Below are positions 28,332 through 38,384 of a stretch of 64,000 nucleotides of DNA, in pieces. Every line of letters starts with the position of its first letter. The first letter of the stretch is position 1. The DNA is from Escherichia phage SP15, in sequence record AP019559. One strand, given 5' to 3'. The position numbers and the translations under genes are program-made. The notes beneath the pieces are model-generated. The model had not been told where the DNA came from. It worked only from the letters and a program-made list of their open reading frames with translations, and made no database searches.

Positions 28332-28438
28332 ATATACATAAATTCGAGGAGAAAACAAAAATTAAATTCTTCGATTATGAAAAGCTATACTTACTAGCTA
28401 GAGGAAATTCCGACCTAATTATTAAGTTATTCAAAAGA

Positions 28439-28723
28439 ATGCTTATAGAGCCTGATGCTCACCAATTATTGGTCGGTTCCTCATTCATTTTGAATGAGTC
28501 AACAATAGTTGATAATCCAAATAAATTGTCTAATAGACAACTGGCAGAATATCTAGGAATTTTAAGTCTACGAAATTATGCCGAATACAAGTTTACAAAC
28601 GATCCTAGTTTGAACATACAATATGTTCCAGTATGGATACCACGTTTAGTAATCGACACTAACCCACTAATCGCAATTAACAAATCGAAATTAATCTTTA
28701 AAGAGGAAATAAAATATGGCTAA
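28439..28723 (+). CDS. Hypothetical protein (doubtful)
   Basis: 94-aa ORF without clear RBS. Confidence 0.25.
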   Translation: MLIEPDAHQLLVGSSFILNESTIVDNPNKLSNRQLAEYLGILSLRNYAEYKFTNDPSLNIQYVPVWIPRLVIDTNPLIAINKSKLIFKEEIKYG

Positions 28724-29489
28724 GTCTTGGGGCGAAACTACTGGCGGTTCTAACGATAAAATCGAATTCCTGAAGTTCAACAACGGTATCACTCGTGTTC
28801 GTATCGTTTCTGGTGTTCTTCCACGTTATGTCTATTGGCTGACTAATAAAGAGGGTAACGTAGCTCCTTTCGAATGTCTCCGTTTTAACCGTGACAAAGA
28901 GAGCTTTGTTCGTGGTAAAGCTGATCCAGTTCATGAGATGGGCTTCTTCGAGAAAGAGCTGGATAAAGATGGTAATCGTGTTCCGCTGAAACCGAAGAAA
29001 AACTATATCGCTTTTGTTATCGACCGTTCTGATAACAAACTGAAAGTAATGGAAGTCAAGGCTACTATTCTGAAAGGCATCCAGTCTATCATGAAGCAGT
29101 TGAATCTGGCAACTCCGTTTGATATTGATATTTCTATCGAGAAAAAAGGTAAAGGTTTCGATACTGAGTATGATGTGCAGCAGATTGCTGCTATGCAGTT
29201 CCAGATTAAGCTGCAAGACCCTAACAGTGCGGAATCTAAGCAATATGCTGCGGATGTAGATCTGATCGGTGAAGCTATGTGTGATGAAGATGGCGACATC
29301 ATTAAGTTCGAAAAAGTTCCTTCTCTGGAACAAACCTATCCGGTTCCTACCTATGAAGAGCAGAAAGAAGCAATTCAAGCCTTCATGGAAGGTCGTGAGA
29401 ATAAAGATGATGATGCCAAATCTGGTAATAGCAATGCAGGCTCCCAGAAAGGTATTGACACAGAAGCTGCAAGCGATCTGGACGACTAA
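28716..29489 (+). CDS. Highly expressed early protein with acidic C-terminal tail, possible ssDNA-binding protein
   Basis: Strong RBS AAAGAGGAAAT, host-optimal codons, C-terminus EAASDLDD; function inferred only. Confidence 0.4.
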   Translation: MAKSWGETTGGSNDKIEFLKFNNGITRVRIVSGVLPRYVYWLTNKEGNVAPFECLRFNRDKESFVRGKADPVHEMGFFEKELDKDGNRVPLKPKKNYIAFVIDRSDNKLKVMEVKATILKGIQSIMKQLNLATPFDIDISIEKKGKGFDTEYDVQQIAAMQFQIKLQDPNSAESKQYAADVDLIGEAMCDEDGDIIKFEKVPSLEQTYPVPTYEEQKEAIQAFMEGRENKDDDAKSGNSNAGSQKGIDTEAASDLDD

Positions 29490-29496
29490 TAAATAG

Positions 29497-29520
29497 AGGG
29501 GCTTCGGCCCCTTTCTTTTT
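29497..29520 (+). terminator. Rho-independent terminator
   Basis: Hairpin AGGGGC-TTCG-GCCCCT followed by TTCTTTTT. Confidence 0.75.
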
Positions 29521-29525
29521 AACAA

Positions 29526-30503
29526 ATGAGAATATTATTTAGTGCTGATCATCATATCAAACTAGGACAAGATAAAGTTCCAAAGGAATGGCAGAAGCGT
29601 CGCTTCCTGATGCTAGGAGAACGGTTAAATGATATATTCCATAATCATAACTGTGATCTTCATATTGCTGGTGGTGATATACTTGATGTTGCCGACCCGT
29701 CGTCAGAAGAAATAGAACTGCTTGAACAGTTCATGTCAAGACTTGACCATCCAGGCAAAATCTTTACTGGAAATCATGAAATGTTAACGAAAACCATTTC
29801 ATGCCTATATCATTATGCAGGAGTTATTAATAAAGTAACGAGTGGGAAGTGGGAGGTAGTTACCAAACCATATCGTTCCCCTGAATTTGATATTGTTCCG
29901 TATGATGAAATCCATAAGTCTAAGTGGAAACCATCTGAATCAAAACTATGTTTCACGCATGTTCGTGGTGAAATCCCTCCACATGTAAAACCAGAAATTG
30001 ATCTAACTAAGTACAACTGTTATGATACTGTAATTGCTGGCGATTTACACTCTTATACTAATAGCCAGACTATCGGATCTACCAGACTCCTCTACCCAGG
30101 GTCTCCATTAACTACATCGTTCCATAGAGAACGCACAAAAGGTACAAATGGTTGCTTTATCGTTGATACCGACACATTAAAAGTAGAATGGATTGAACTA
30201 GGTGATTTACCACAACTGATTCGTAAAACAATCGGAGCGGGTGAAGAGATGGAACCTAGTGATTATGATCGTGTAGTCTATGAAGTTACTGGTGACGTTG
30301 TTCAATTAAAGTCTATCAAAGACTCTGATTTATTAGATAAGAAGATTAACCATCGAGTTACTAAAGACGCTAAGTTAAATCTTGTTGATCTTGATATGTT
30401 AGGTGAACTTGAACTTTACTTCCGTGAAGTTGAGAAGCTATCTCAAGGTGACATTGATAGAATCTTGGCTAGAGCTGCGAAATATGTCAAAGATTACAAT
30501 TAA
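29526..30503 (+). CDS. SbcD/Mre11-like recombination nuclease subunit
   Basis: Calcineurin-like phosphoesterase motifs DHH, GDILD, GNHE, GDLH. Confidence 0.8.
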   Translation: MRILFSADHHIKLGQDKVPKEWQKRRFLMLGERLNDIFHNHNCDLHIAGGDILDVADPSSEEIELLEQFMSRLDHPGKIFTGNHEMLTKTISCLYHYAGVINKVTSGKWEVVTKPYRSPEFDIVPYDEIHKSKWKPSESKLCFTHVRGEIPPHVKPEIDLTKYNCYDTVIAGDLHSYTNSQTIGSTRLLYPGSPLTTSFHRERTKGTNGCFIVDTDTLKVEWIELGDLPQLIRKTIGAGEEMEPSDYDRVVYEVTGDVVQLKSIKDSDLLDKKINHRVTKDAKLNLVDLDMLGELELYFREVEKLSQGDIDRILARAAKYVKDYN

Positions 30504-32322
30504 GACACTAAAATTTAGTAACGTTATGTCTTACGGTAAGGACATCGTAATTCATTTCGACAAGAATCCAGTTACTCAACTAATTGGTGGCAATGGGCTA
30601 GGGAAATCCACCATCGCTACGGTTATCGAGGAATTGTTTTATAACAAGAACTCACGGGGTATTAAGAAAGATGCTCTGTTCTCTTGGTCTTCTCCGAAAA
30701 AAGAGTATGATATGCACGCTTATTTCTCGAAAGATGAAGATGAGTATGAATTGCATAAAGTAGTTAAGTCAACTGCTAAAGTAACTCTTATTAAGAATGG
30801 GGAAGATATTAGTGGACACACGGCAACCCAAACATACAAGATGATTGAGGAGATTATGGGCGGTGACTTCCAAACATTCACCAAACTAATTTATCAATCA
30901 GTGGGTTCCAATCTAGACTTTCTAAAAGCAACAGATGCAACACGTAAGGCTTTTCTTGTCAACTTGTTCAATCAAGAACAGTATAAAGAAATGTCAGAAA
31001 CTATTAAGGCTGATCGTAAAGAAATAGCAAATACCTTAAATAATTTGCAGGGCCAAATGGCTGTAATTACGAAAATCCTTAATGGAAAGAATAATCTGGG
31101 AACTTTGCAGGAACCTGTAGAAGTACCAGAGTTTGATGAAGAGCCATTAGCACAAGAACTTACTGAATCGAAAATTAAGGCGGCATTAGCCAAGTCTCAA
31201 GAGGCTAATATTACTAAATTGCGTAATTTGGACAAAGCTGTACAAGTTGCCGAACAATCTTTCGAGCCTTTCAAAAATTTACCCGCGCCCACTGACCAAA
31301 ATGAAGAGATCTCGAGTGTTACGCGTGACCTAACGATTGTGACCTCACGTGCGAGCGAAGTTAAGAAACGTTATCAGAAGTTCAAGCAAGAGGCTTCAAA
31401 TACTGAATGTCCTACCTGTGGTACTCATCTGGATACAACTGCTGCGCAAAAAGCAATGGATATGGCTAGAACAGAATATGATCCTCTGTTCAAAGAGAAG
31501 CAATCTCTTGAAGCTAAGCTAGAACAGTTGAAGAAAGAACAACTTGAGTACGTTGCATATACTAGAGCAAGGGATGCTTTGGATAAGGCAGTAGCATCTA
31601 GAGACGAATTCAAAAATTCAATGAGTGATACTTCTTTTGAAGAACTCAATGTGCAAAACCTACAGGTGCAAATCCGACAACTAGAACAGGAAATCGCTGA
31701 TGGCCGTTCTAAGGTTGCAATTGCCAAAGAGCATAATGCAAATGTTGAATTAGCCAATGCAAAATATAAAGCGAAACTAGAACAGATTGAGAAAGCTGAG
31801 GCAGAAATGTCTGAGATTACTTCCAAACTGGATGGAGTATCAGAAGCTGTTGCTGATCTCGATATTCTGATTGCTGCATTGAAGAATCTAGTAGGATATA
31901 AACTAGAGCATAGTGTGAAAGTATTTGAAGAGCTTATCAATAAATACCTTTCTATTATGACTGGCGGTAAATTCGCACTTGGATTTGAACTTGATGAAAC
32001 AAAATTACAAGTAGTAATCTTCAATGATGGAAATCGTACCAGTATGGAGAACTGCTCTACTGGTCAACAGAGTCGAATTAACCTAGCAACCCTGTTAGCT
32101 ATTCGGATGCTGTTAACATCTATTAGTAAAGTTAATATTAATCTTCTATTCCTTGATGAAGTAATTAGCTTTATTGATACAAAAGGACTTGATACTCTTG
32201 TTGAATTATTAAATGAGGAAGAAAGTCTAAATTCTATCATTGTTTCTCATGGGCATACGCATCCATTAGCCCATAAGATTACTGTCAAAAAAGATGCAGA
32301 AGGATTTTCCTACTTAGAATAA
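30484..32322 (+). CDS. SbcC/Rad50-like recombination ATPase subunit
   Basis: N-terminal Walker A GGNGLGKST, long coiled coil, C-terminal LFLDE signature; start overlaps sbcD-like end. Confidence 0.8.
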   Translation: MSKITIKTLKFSNVMSYGKDIVIHFDKNPVTQLIGGNGLGKSTIATVIEELFYNKNSRGIKKDALFSWSSPKKEYDMHAYFSKDEDEYELHKVVKSTAKVTLIKNGEDISGHTATQTYKMIEEIMGGDFQTFTKLIYQSVGSNLDFLKATDATRKAFLVNLFNQEQYKEMSETIKADRKEIANTLNNLQGQMAVITKILNGKNNLGTLQEPVEVPEFDEEPLAQELTESKIKAALAKSQEANITKLRNLDKAVQVAEQSFEPFKNLPAPTDQNEEISSVTRDLTIVTSRASEVKKRYQKFKQEASNTECPTCGTHLDTTAAQKAMDMARTEYDPLFKEKQSLEAKLEQLKKEQLEYVAYTRARDALDKAVASRDEFKNSMSDTSFEELNVQNLQVQIRQLEQEIADGRSKVAIAKEHNANVELANAKYKAKLEQIEKAEAEMSEITSKLDGVSEAVADLDILIAALKNLVGYKLEHSVKVFEELINKYLSIMTGGKFALGFELDETKLQVVIFNDGNRTSMENCSTGQQSRINLATLLAIRMLLTSISKVNINLLFLDEVISFIDTKGLDTLVELLNEEESLNSIIVSHGHTHPLAHKITVKKDAEGFSYLE

Positions 32323-32325
32323 AAC

Positions 32326-32808
32326 ATGGCTGTAGATAGTAGAGAGAAAGGTAAACGTGGTGAATATCAGGTAAGAGATATTCTACGTGAGCGTACAGGT
32401 CTTGAGTGGGAACGTGTTCCTGGCTCTGGTGCTTTTGGCCAGAGCCACGGATTGAAGGGTGACATCTACCTTCCACCACAAAGCGGACACATTAGTAAAT
32501 ACTGCTTCGAAGTTAAGTGGTATAAAGATGATAATATATCAAGTAATTTATTTAATGTTGGTGAATCCACTCTAGAGAAGTGGTGGCAGCAGTGCTCACG
32601 TGAAGGCGAGCAGATGAACTCCAAACCTGCATTAATATTCAAAAAAGACAGAGGACAGTGGTTAATAGCTTTGGATAGCTCAGACCCGATGGTTGACAAC
32701 TTAATGAGTCGTACCCATATGGTGTTAAATAAGAAAGACATGGAAATCGTAATTGGTTTATTTGAACCGTGGCTACATCATGCATCTGTTGAGGACTTAA
32801 TTAAATAA
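32326..32808 (+). CDS. PD-(D/E)xK nuclease, Hjc-like Holliday junction resolvase
   Basis: Pattern KGxxGEYxVRxxL...G...R..GSG...GDIYL...FEVKW resembles archaeal Hjc catalytic E/D/E-x-K. Confidence 0.5.
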   Translation: MAVDSREKGKRGEYQVRDILRERTGLEWERVPGSGAFGQSHGLKGDIYLPPQSGHISKYCFEVKWYKDDNISSNLFNVGESTLEKWWQQCSREGEQMNSKPALIFKKDRGQWLIALDSSDPMVDNLMSRTHMVLNKKDMEIVIGLFEPWLHHASVEDLIK

Positions 32809-33683
32809 TGAGTAAATCCTGGGGAAAATTTATTGAAGAAGAGGAAGCTGAAATGGCTTCCCGTCGTAACCTAATGATTGTTGATGGAACTAACTTAGGC
32901 TTTCGCTTCAAGCATAACAATAGTAAAAAACCCTTTGCCTCAAGTTATGTTTCTACAATTCAATCTCTAGCAAAATCTTATTCTGCTAGAACTACAATAG
33001 TTTTAGGGGATAAAGGAAAGTCTGCATTCCGCTTAGAGCATCTTCCCGAGTATAAAGGGAATCGAGATGAGAAATACTCTCAGCGCACGGAAGAGGAGAA
33101 GGCGTTAGATGAGCAGTTCTTCGAGTATTTGAAAGATGCTTTCGAACTATGTGAAACTACATTCCCAACCTTCACTATTCGTGGCGTAGAAGCAGATGAT
33201 ATGGCAGCTTATATTGTTAAGCTGATTGGGCATCTATATGATCATGTTTGGCTAATTTCTACCGATGGTGACTGGGATACTTTATTAACTGATAAAGTTT
33301 CTCGCTTCTCTTTCACAACACGTCGTGAATATCATCTTCGTGATATGTACGAGCATCATAATGTTGACGATGTAGAGCAGTTTATCTCTCTGAAAGCAAT
33401 TATGGGTGATTTAGGAGATAATATCCGTGGTGTTGAGGGCATTGGGGCAAAACGCGGGTATAACATTATTCGTGAATTTGGTAACGTTCTGGATATTATT
33501 GATCAGCTTCCACTGCCTGGAAAACAGAAATATATACAGAATTTAAATGCTTCGGAAGAGTTGCTTTACCGAAACCTAATTCTGGTTGATTTACCTACCT
33601 ACTGTGTGGATGCTATTGCTGCTGTAGGTCAAGATGTATTAGATAAGTTTACAAAAGATATTTTGGAGATTGCAAAACAATGA
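32808..33683 (+). CDS. Flap endonuclease / 5'-3' exonuclease
   Basis: 291 aa; STDGDWDTLL and helix-3-turn-helix region GDxxDNIRGVEGIG. Confidence 0.8.
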   Translation: MSKSWGKFIEEEEAEMASRRNLMIVDGTNLGFRFKHNNSKKPFASSYVSTIQSLAKSYSARTTIVLGDKGKSAFRLEHLPEYKGNRDEKYSQRTEEEKALDEQFFEYLKDAFELCETTFPTFTIRGVEADDMAAYIVKLIGHLYDHVWLISTDGDWDTLLTDKVSRFSFTTRREYHLRDMYEHHNVDDVEQFISLKAIMGDLGDNIRGVEGIGAKRGYNIIREFGNVLDIIDQLPLPGKQKYIQNLNASEELLYRNLILVDLPTYCVDAIAAVGQDVLDKFTKDILEIAKQ

Positions 33684-34126
33684 TTAAAATTAAACTAACT
33701 CATCCAGATTGTATGCCTAAGATTGGTTCCGAAGATGCCGCAGGTATGGATCTGCGAGCATTCTTTGGTACTAACCCTGCCGCAGATTTACGCGCTATTG
33801 CACCAGGCAAATCCTTAATGATTGACACCGGTGTCGCGGTAGAAATTCCGCGAGGTTGGTTCGGTTTGGTAGTTCCTCGCAGTTCTTTAGGTAAACGCCA
33901 TTTGATGATTGCAAATACCGCAGGAGTGATTGACTCAGACTATCGTGGAACTATTAAGATGAACTTGTTCAATTACGGTTCTGAAATTCAAACTCTGGAG
34001 AATTTTGAAAGACTTTGTCAGTTAGTAGTAGTACCGCACTATTCAACTCATAATTTTGAAATCGTTGACGAACTAGGGGAGACTGATCGTGGGGAAGGCG
34101 GATTTGGAAGCTCAGGAAGTAAATAA
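33680..34126 (+). CDS. dut: dUTP pyrophosphatase
   Basis: Five dUTPase motifs: AAGMDL, PRSSLG, IANTAGVIDSDYRG, V, RGEGGFGSSG. Confidence 0.9.
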   Translation: MIKIKLTHPDCMPKIGSEDAAGMDLRAFFGTNPAADLRAIAPGKSLMIDTGVAVEIPRGWFGLVVPRSSLGKRHLMIANTAGVIDSDYRGTIKMNLFNYGSEIQTLENFERLCQLVVVPHYSTHNFEIVDELGETDRGEGGFGSSGSK

Positions 34127-34148
34127 TCTACGTATCAAATAAATAATA

Positions 34149-34180
34149 AACCCCAGTGGATTTTGTCCACTGGGGTTTTC
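34149..34180. terminator. Bidirectional rho-independent terminator between convergent early and late gene blocks
   Basis: Hairpin CCCCAGTGGA-TTTTG-TCCACTGGGG flanked by A-run and T-run. Confidence 0.75.
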
Positions 34181-34185
34181 TTACA

Positions 34186-35934
34186 TTACTGCACTAGGTT
34201 TGCTCTTAATTGCTTGAGTTCTTCCTCTAAGTCTTCAACCCTTTTAATAAGATCCTGCACAACATGCATAGTATCAAGAAGCATTGGAGTTGTATCTAAT
34301 TCCTTTTGCTCCTGTTCTACTCCGTCATCATTATAGAATCTTCTAGTCTTTACATAGAGTGGCTCTATAGTCTCTACTTGCTGTGCAATAACCCCACGTC
34401 GGATACGAGATTTTTCATCGTTATTATATATAAAGGACTGGAATTCTAATCCTTTTAATACCTCGATGGACTTAGTTGCATCTATAGCTTTAATATCATG
34501 CTTTAAACGAGAATCAGATATAGCATTTAACTGCAGAGTATACGTTGCTGCGCCATTGGGCCACCAAGAATAGAAATAAATACTATTATTGTTCGGTTGA
34601 ATTTTTAAACGTACACCATATCTGTTATCCGCGTCTCCCGATACGTGCCAGCAAGAATCAGCAAAGGAACCTAAGTCATTATGAATTAATCCAAAATGTG
34701 CAGATGTTTTATACCCCGCATTAGAATACTGGGAACCACTCAAAATACTGTTAAAAGCGTAATTTGTTCCAATAGCCTGTTCTTCTGTACTAAATGTACC
34801 TTTAACAAGACCTGTTTCACTCCAAGCCATCATAGTCCCATAGCGGGCGCTATATCTATCAGAGTTTAATGTACCTGTGTCATCAAAGGCAAGGTCTTTT
34901 GTCACCCCTTTTGTCTTGTTGTATACAGACAGAATCGCATAATAAAGGCCATCCATGTACGCATCGCAACGAAGGCCAGCATCAGCTTCAACAACGGTGC
35001 CGATTTTGTATTGCGCCTTTACCTGCCCAGAGTATGCTCTTACTCCAGAACCTGGGCGAACAGCATCACCATTGATCACACTCCAAGAGGTATTCGCAGC
35101 AACAAATCCACCAGATGCACGAATCACCCAGACGCCGACAAAGTTTCGTGTAAGGATTTCGTCATTTGATGCCCCGTAGATCGGGCTTGAGCGTGACGCA
35201 TCAATCTCAAGGGTGTTGTAGCGCCCAGATATTGAAATTGCACCCGTCATTGGGATTGCATCACCTGCCGCAGCAGGGTATAGATCATTACTTGTTCTAA
35301 ATGCACCTTGATTGATATCGCTGAATACCTGAGCATATGACGAGCCAGAATAACTAGCAATACGCCCATAGATATTAGGCGCAGCGGATTCAAAAACACG
35401 CCCGTTAGCGTCGGACATACCACCATCTCCACGGCCATAAAGAGCACGTATTGATCCCTCCTGCACCCCATTCTTATCTGGAACACGAAAAGTTGTTGCT
35501 CCGTCACCATTAGAGTATTTGCCACGCTGGAATTTATCAGCTAACCATACCGAATCCTCTATAACACCAACCATTTGAGCGTACGCCCAAAGCTCCGGCC
35601 AGTCGGCTCTATTAAGAAGTTGTCCATCAGAAACCACTTCGTACGGTTGGATATACGCACGACTATCTCGAAGGTGGAAATCACCAACCCCGTAATTCAT
35701 AACGCCGTTCATAGTAGGACCGACTGTGCCAGTATTAATCTTATTCTCCACCCAACGTTTAGTTGCAGCGTCATAGTCTCTCACAGGATCCCCCGCAAGA
35801 GGGGTAGACCCAATAGGACGTACATTTAGCCATGCTGCTGCACGGTCCGCAAGATCGGATAAGTTATTACTTTTATCCATCTTTTCATCTTTAAGTTTTG
35901 TAATGTCCCGAGGGATATTAGTATAAGTAGTCAT
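34186..35934 (-). CDS. Distal L-shaped tail fibre protein (LtfB-like) with C-terminal intramolecular chaperone (peptidase S74-like)
   Basis: N-terminal tail-fibre attachment motif; C-terminal SDSRLKHDI...GLEFQSFIYNND autoproteolytic chaperone signature and coiled-coil tail. Confidence 0.75.
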   Translation of the reverse strand: MTTYTNIPRDITKLKDEKMDKSNNLSDLADRAAAWLNVRPIGSTPLAGDPVRDYDAATKRWVENKINTGTVGPTMNGVMNYGVGDFHLRDSRAYIQPYEVVSDGQLLNRADWPELWAYAQMVGVIEDSVWLADKFQRGKYSNGDGATTFRVPDKNGVQEGSIRALYGRGDGGMSDANGRVFESAAPNIYGRIASYSGSSYAQVFSDINQGAFRTSNDLYPAAAGDAIPMTGAISISGRYNTLEIDASRSSPIYGASNDEILTRNFVGVWVIRASGGFVAANTSWSVINGDAVRPGSGVRAYSGQVKAQYKIGTVVEADAGLRCDAYMDGLYYAILSVYNKTKGVTKDLAFDDTGTLNSDRYSARYGTMMAWSETGLVKGTFSTEEQAIGTNYAFNSILSGSQYSNAGYKTSAHFGLIHNDLGSFADSCWHVSGDADNRYGVRLKIQPNNNSIYFYSWWPNGAATYTLQLNAISDSRLKHDIKAIDATKSIEVLKGLEFQSFIYNNDEKSRIRRGVIAQQVETIEPLYVKTRRFYNDDGVEQEQKELDTTPMLLDTMHVVQDLIKRVEDLEEELKQLRANLVQ

Positions 35935-35944
35935 TAATCACCTC

Positions 35945-36211
35945 TTATGCCCAGTTACGTACACGGGGATTCTTAATAATAAATTGTTCAAGATTTGATA
36001 AGTCCACATCGTCCCCTATTATTCTTATGTTTATATAATACCCCTCTTTGCCAATGACAACTGGAGTCTTACTTTTAGGGTCATCTACTAGGAGGACAAA
36101 ACCAATTTCATCTACAAACACTTTACCATAGTTTGTCTTAAGCCACTCACTATCAATGACAACATCCCGATAATGTTTTTCGTCTTTAAATTGCAAATTA
36201 ATATCTTTCAT
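35945..36211 (-). CDS. Hypothetical small protein between tail-fibre genes
   Basis: 88-aa ORF tightly packed between the two fibre ORFs. Confidence 0.4.
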   Translation of the reverse strand: MKDINLQFKDEKHYRDVVIDSEWLKTNYGKVFVDEIGFVLLVDDPKSKTPVVIGKEGYYINIRIIGDDVDLSNLEQFIIKNPRVRNWA

Positions 36212-36212
36212 T

Positions 36213-38384
36213 TTAAACTTTCTCCCTCATTTGATTATCCGTTAATACTCGATTCCATATTCTAAGGTTACGAATATGACCGTACAATTTTGACGGATCA
36301 GTTGGTCTTCCACCTATTTCCACTAGCGAGTCCGAGTCCGTTCCTTTCCATGTAAAACCGTGTGAGGTCCCACCTTTATTCCCATTAACAAACGATGTGA
36401 CATCCCCATTACCACTAAAAATAAAACCAAATATATGTGGAGAAAATTTATTTTCAAACGAATAACCTCTAGACAACGTAGCTGATTCATCCTCATTTAG
36501 TACATACGTGTAAGGTGTCACGGAGATTATGTCAAATTCCGCAATAAATGCTTTTCCTCCTACATTGTATTGATTATTATCAATTATCATTGGGTATATA
36601 TTATTTAATTGAAAGCTATCCCAGTTAACGCTCACTTCAGCAAGGAATGAAATATTCGTCCCCGAGAAATTATTTCTTGCAGGTATAGTAACATAATCCA
36701 GAGTCCTTGTTGCAGGCGTGCTTCCCGTAATAATGAAGGAGGATGCACAAAAGCCCTTTTCAAATTGCGGAGTACAAAATGATATTGTATCCCCAACTTG
36801 CACAGGTTGATCATTATTTCGACAATAATTTACAGATCCAATAGAACTACCTCCACGTTCTACAAATTTACACATAGCTTCAACTTTCAACCATCCGTTG
36901 TCTTCTCTATATATTCTATGTGTTATAGTCCCTCTCCCTTCTACTACAGAAGAAACTTCGCCGGTTTCGCAATTTATGAAAGATCTAGCGCCGAGAATAA
37001 GACCTCCATCCTCACCTACTAAATAAAATTGTGGGGTGATATAGATATCCAAGTTTGCCTTTACTCGTATAGATAAAGAAACGTATTCATTTTGCTGACA
37101 GTTGATTGCATTTACTGTTTCACAATAAAATAATGAAGGATACTCACCTTGTGAATTTTCGTTTGCTGTTGCGGTTGCATATGCAAAACCATACTTATCA
37201 ATATTATAAGTAACATCACTACGGTATTTATCTGTATTTAATGAAGCGGGGTCATTACTGAAAGTAATGTGATTTGTCCGCTGGCCTTCAATTAAGAGTC
37301 CTTGCTTTTCAAATCTAGGTTCATCGATATTAGCAATACAAAATTCACCATGCTTATTTATATATGTTGCGTTTGATGCACGCGAGAAACTAACAACCTT
37401 ATCAGAAGGCATTGTAATAACATCTTCACCAACTGTTATTTTCTTATAGCCTGGTGAATAACCTGCAAGCATATCAAGCGAGTCATTAAATGGAATCCAT
37501 ACGTCAGGGAATGGTTGAAGATCCGGAGCCCTGTTAGCTGCAACTTCCGCACGGTCTGCTTCTGTTTTTGCACGGTCTGCTTCTGCTTTAGAGCTGTTTG
37601 CACTACCAGCAGCATTGCTAGCTTGTTGCCCGGCCTCAATAGCACTATTACCAGCTTGTGTAGCAGAAGCAGCAGCTTGGTTTTTTAAAGCTGTTGTATC
37701 AGATACCGCGCTATCCTTAATACCTTGTGTATCCGTTTTTAATTGCTCAACATCTGCTTTTAAAGTTGTTATCTCGGATACCGAGCTATTTTTAATGGCC
37801 TGGGTATCAGATTTTAACTGTTCTACATCTGCTTTTAAAGCTGTTGTCTCTGTTACAGCACTATTTTTAATGGACTGGGTATCAGATTTTAACTGTTCGA
37901 CATCTGATTTAAGTCCTTGAATAGCAGCTACAGATTGGCTGGCAGAAGTTGCAGATCCCGCAGCATTAGTTTCACTAGCCTTAGCTTTTGTTTCCGAGGT
38001 TTTTGCATTGGTTTCAGAGATTTTTGCCGCAGATGCCGATGCAGCAGCTTGCCCAGAAAATATTTCCGCCTCATTCCTAAAACCGCTAGAATCAGCCGCT
38101 GATTGAGCTGCATTAGTCTCACTTGCCTTTGCGTTACCCTCGCTAAGTTTTGCATATTTCCGCCTCATTCCTAAAACCGCTAGAATCAGCCGCTGATTGA
38201 GCTGCATTAGTCTCACTTGCCTTTGCGTTACCCTCGCTAAGTTTTGCATCAGCCGCTGATTGAGCTGCATTAGTCTCACTTGCCTTTGCGTTACCCTCGC
38301 TAAGTTTTGCAGCAGTAGCTGATGCGTCAGCGTTAGTTTCACTAGTCTTTGCATTAGTTTCACTAGCCTTTGCGTTAGTTTCAC
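36213..38384 (-). CDS. ltf: Proximal L-shaped tail fibre protein, C-terminal fragment; real coding begins near 38154, upstream part of this ORF is out of frame
   Basis: Ala/Ser/Thr-rich coiled repeats (LKSDVEQLKSDTQ) then globular C-terminal domain. Confidence 0.6.
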   Translation of the reverse strand: MKLTQRLVKLMQRLVKLTLTHQLLLQNLARVTQRQVRLMQLNQRLMQNLARVTQRQVRLMQLNQRLILAVLGMRRKYAKLSEGNAKASETNAAQSAADSSGFRNEAEIFSGQAAASASAAKISETNAKTSETKAKASETNAAGSATSASQSVAAIQGLKSDVEQLKSDTQSIKNSAVTETTALKADVEQLKSDTQAIKNSSVSEITTLKADVEQLKTDTQGIKDSAVSDTTALKNQAAASATQAGNSAIEAGQQASNAAGSANSSKAEADRAKTEADRAEVAANRAPDLQPFPDVWIPFNDSLDMLAGYSPGYKKITVGEDVITMPSDKVVSFSRASNATYINKHGEFCIANIDEPRFEKQGLLIEGQRTNHITFSNDPASLNTDKYRSDVTYNIDKYGFAYATATANENSQGEYPSLFYCETVNAINCQQNEYVSLSIRVKANLDIYITPQFYLVGEDGGLILGARSFINCETGEVSSVVEGRGTITHRIYREDNGWLKVEAMCKFVERGGSSIGSVNYCRNNDQPVQVGDTISFCTPQFEKGFCASSFIITGSTPATRTLDYVTIPARNNFSGTNISFLAEVSVNWDSFQLNNIYPMIIDNNQYNVGGKAFIAEFDIISVTPYTYVLNEDESATLSRGYSFENKFSPHIFGFIFSGNGDVTSFVNGNKGGTSHGFTWKGTDSDSLVEIGGRPTDPSKLYGHIRNLRIWNRVLTDNQMREKV
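38061..38248. repeat. Perfect 94-bp tandem duplication (2 x 94 nt) inside the tail-fibre gene
   Basis: 38061-38154 and 38155-38248 are identical; 94 is not a multiple of 3. Confidence 0.85.
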
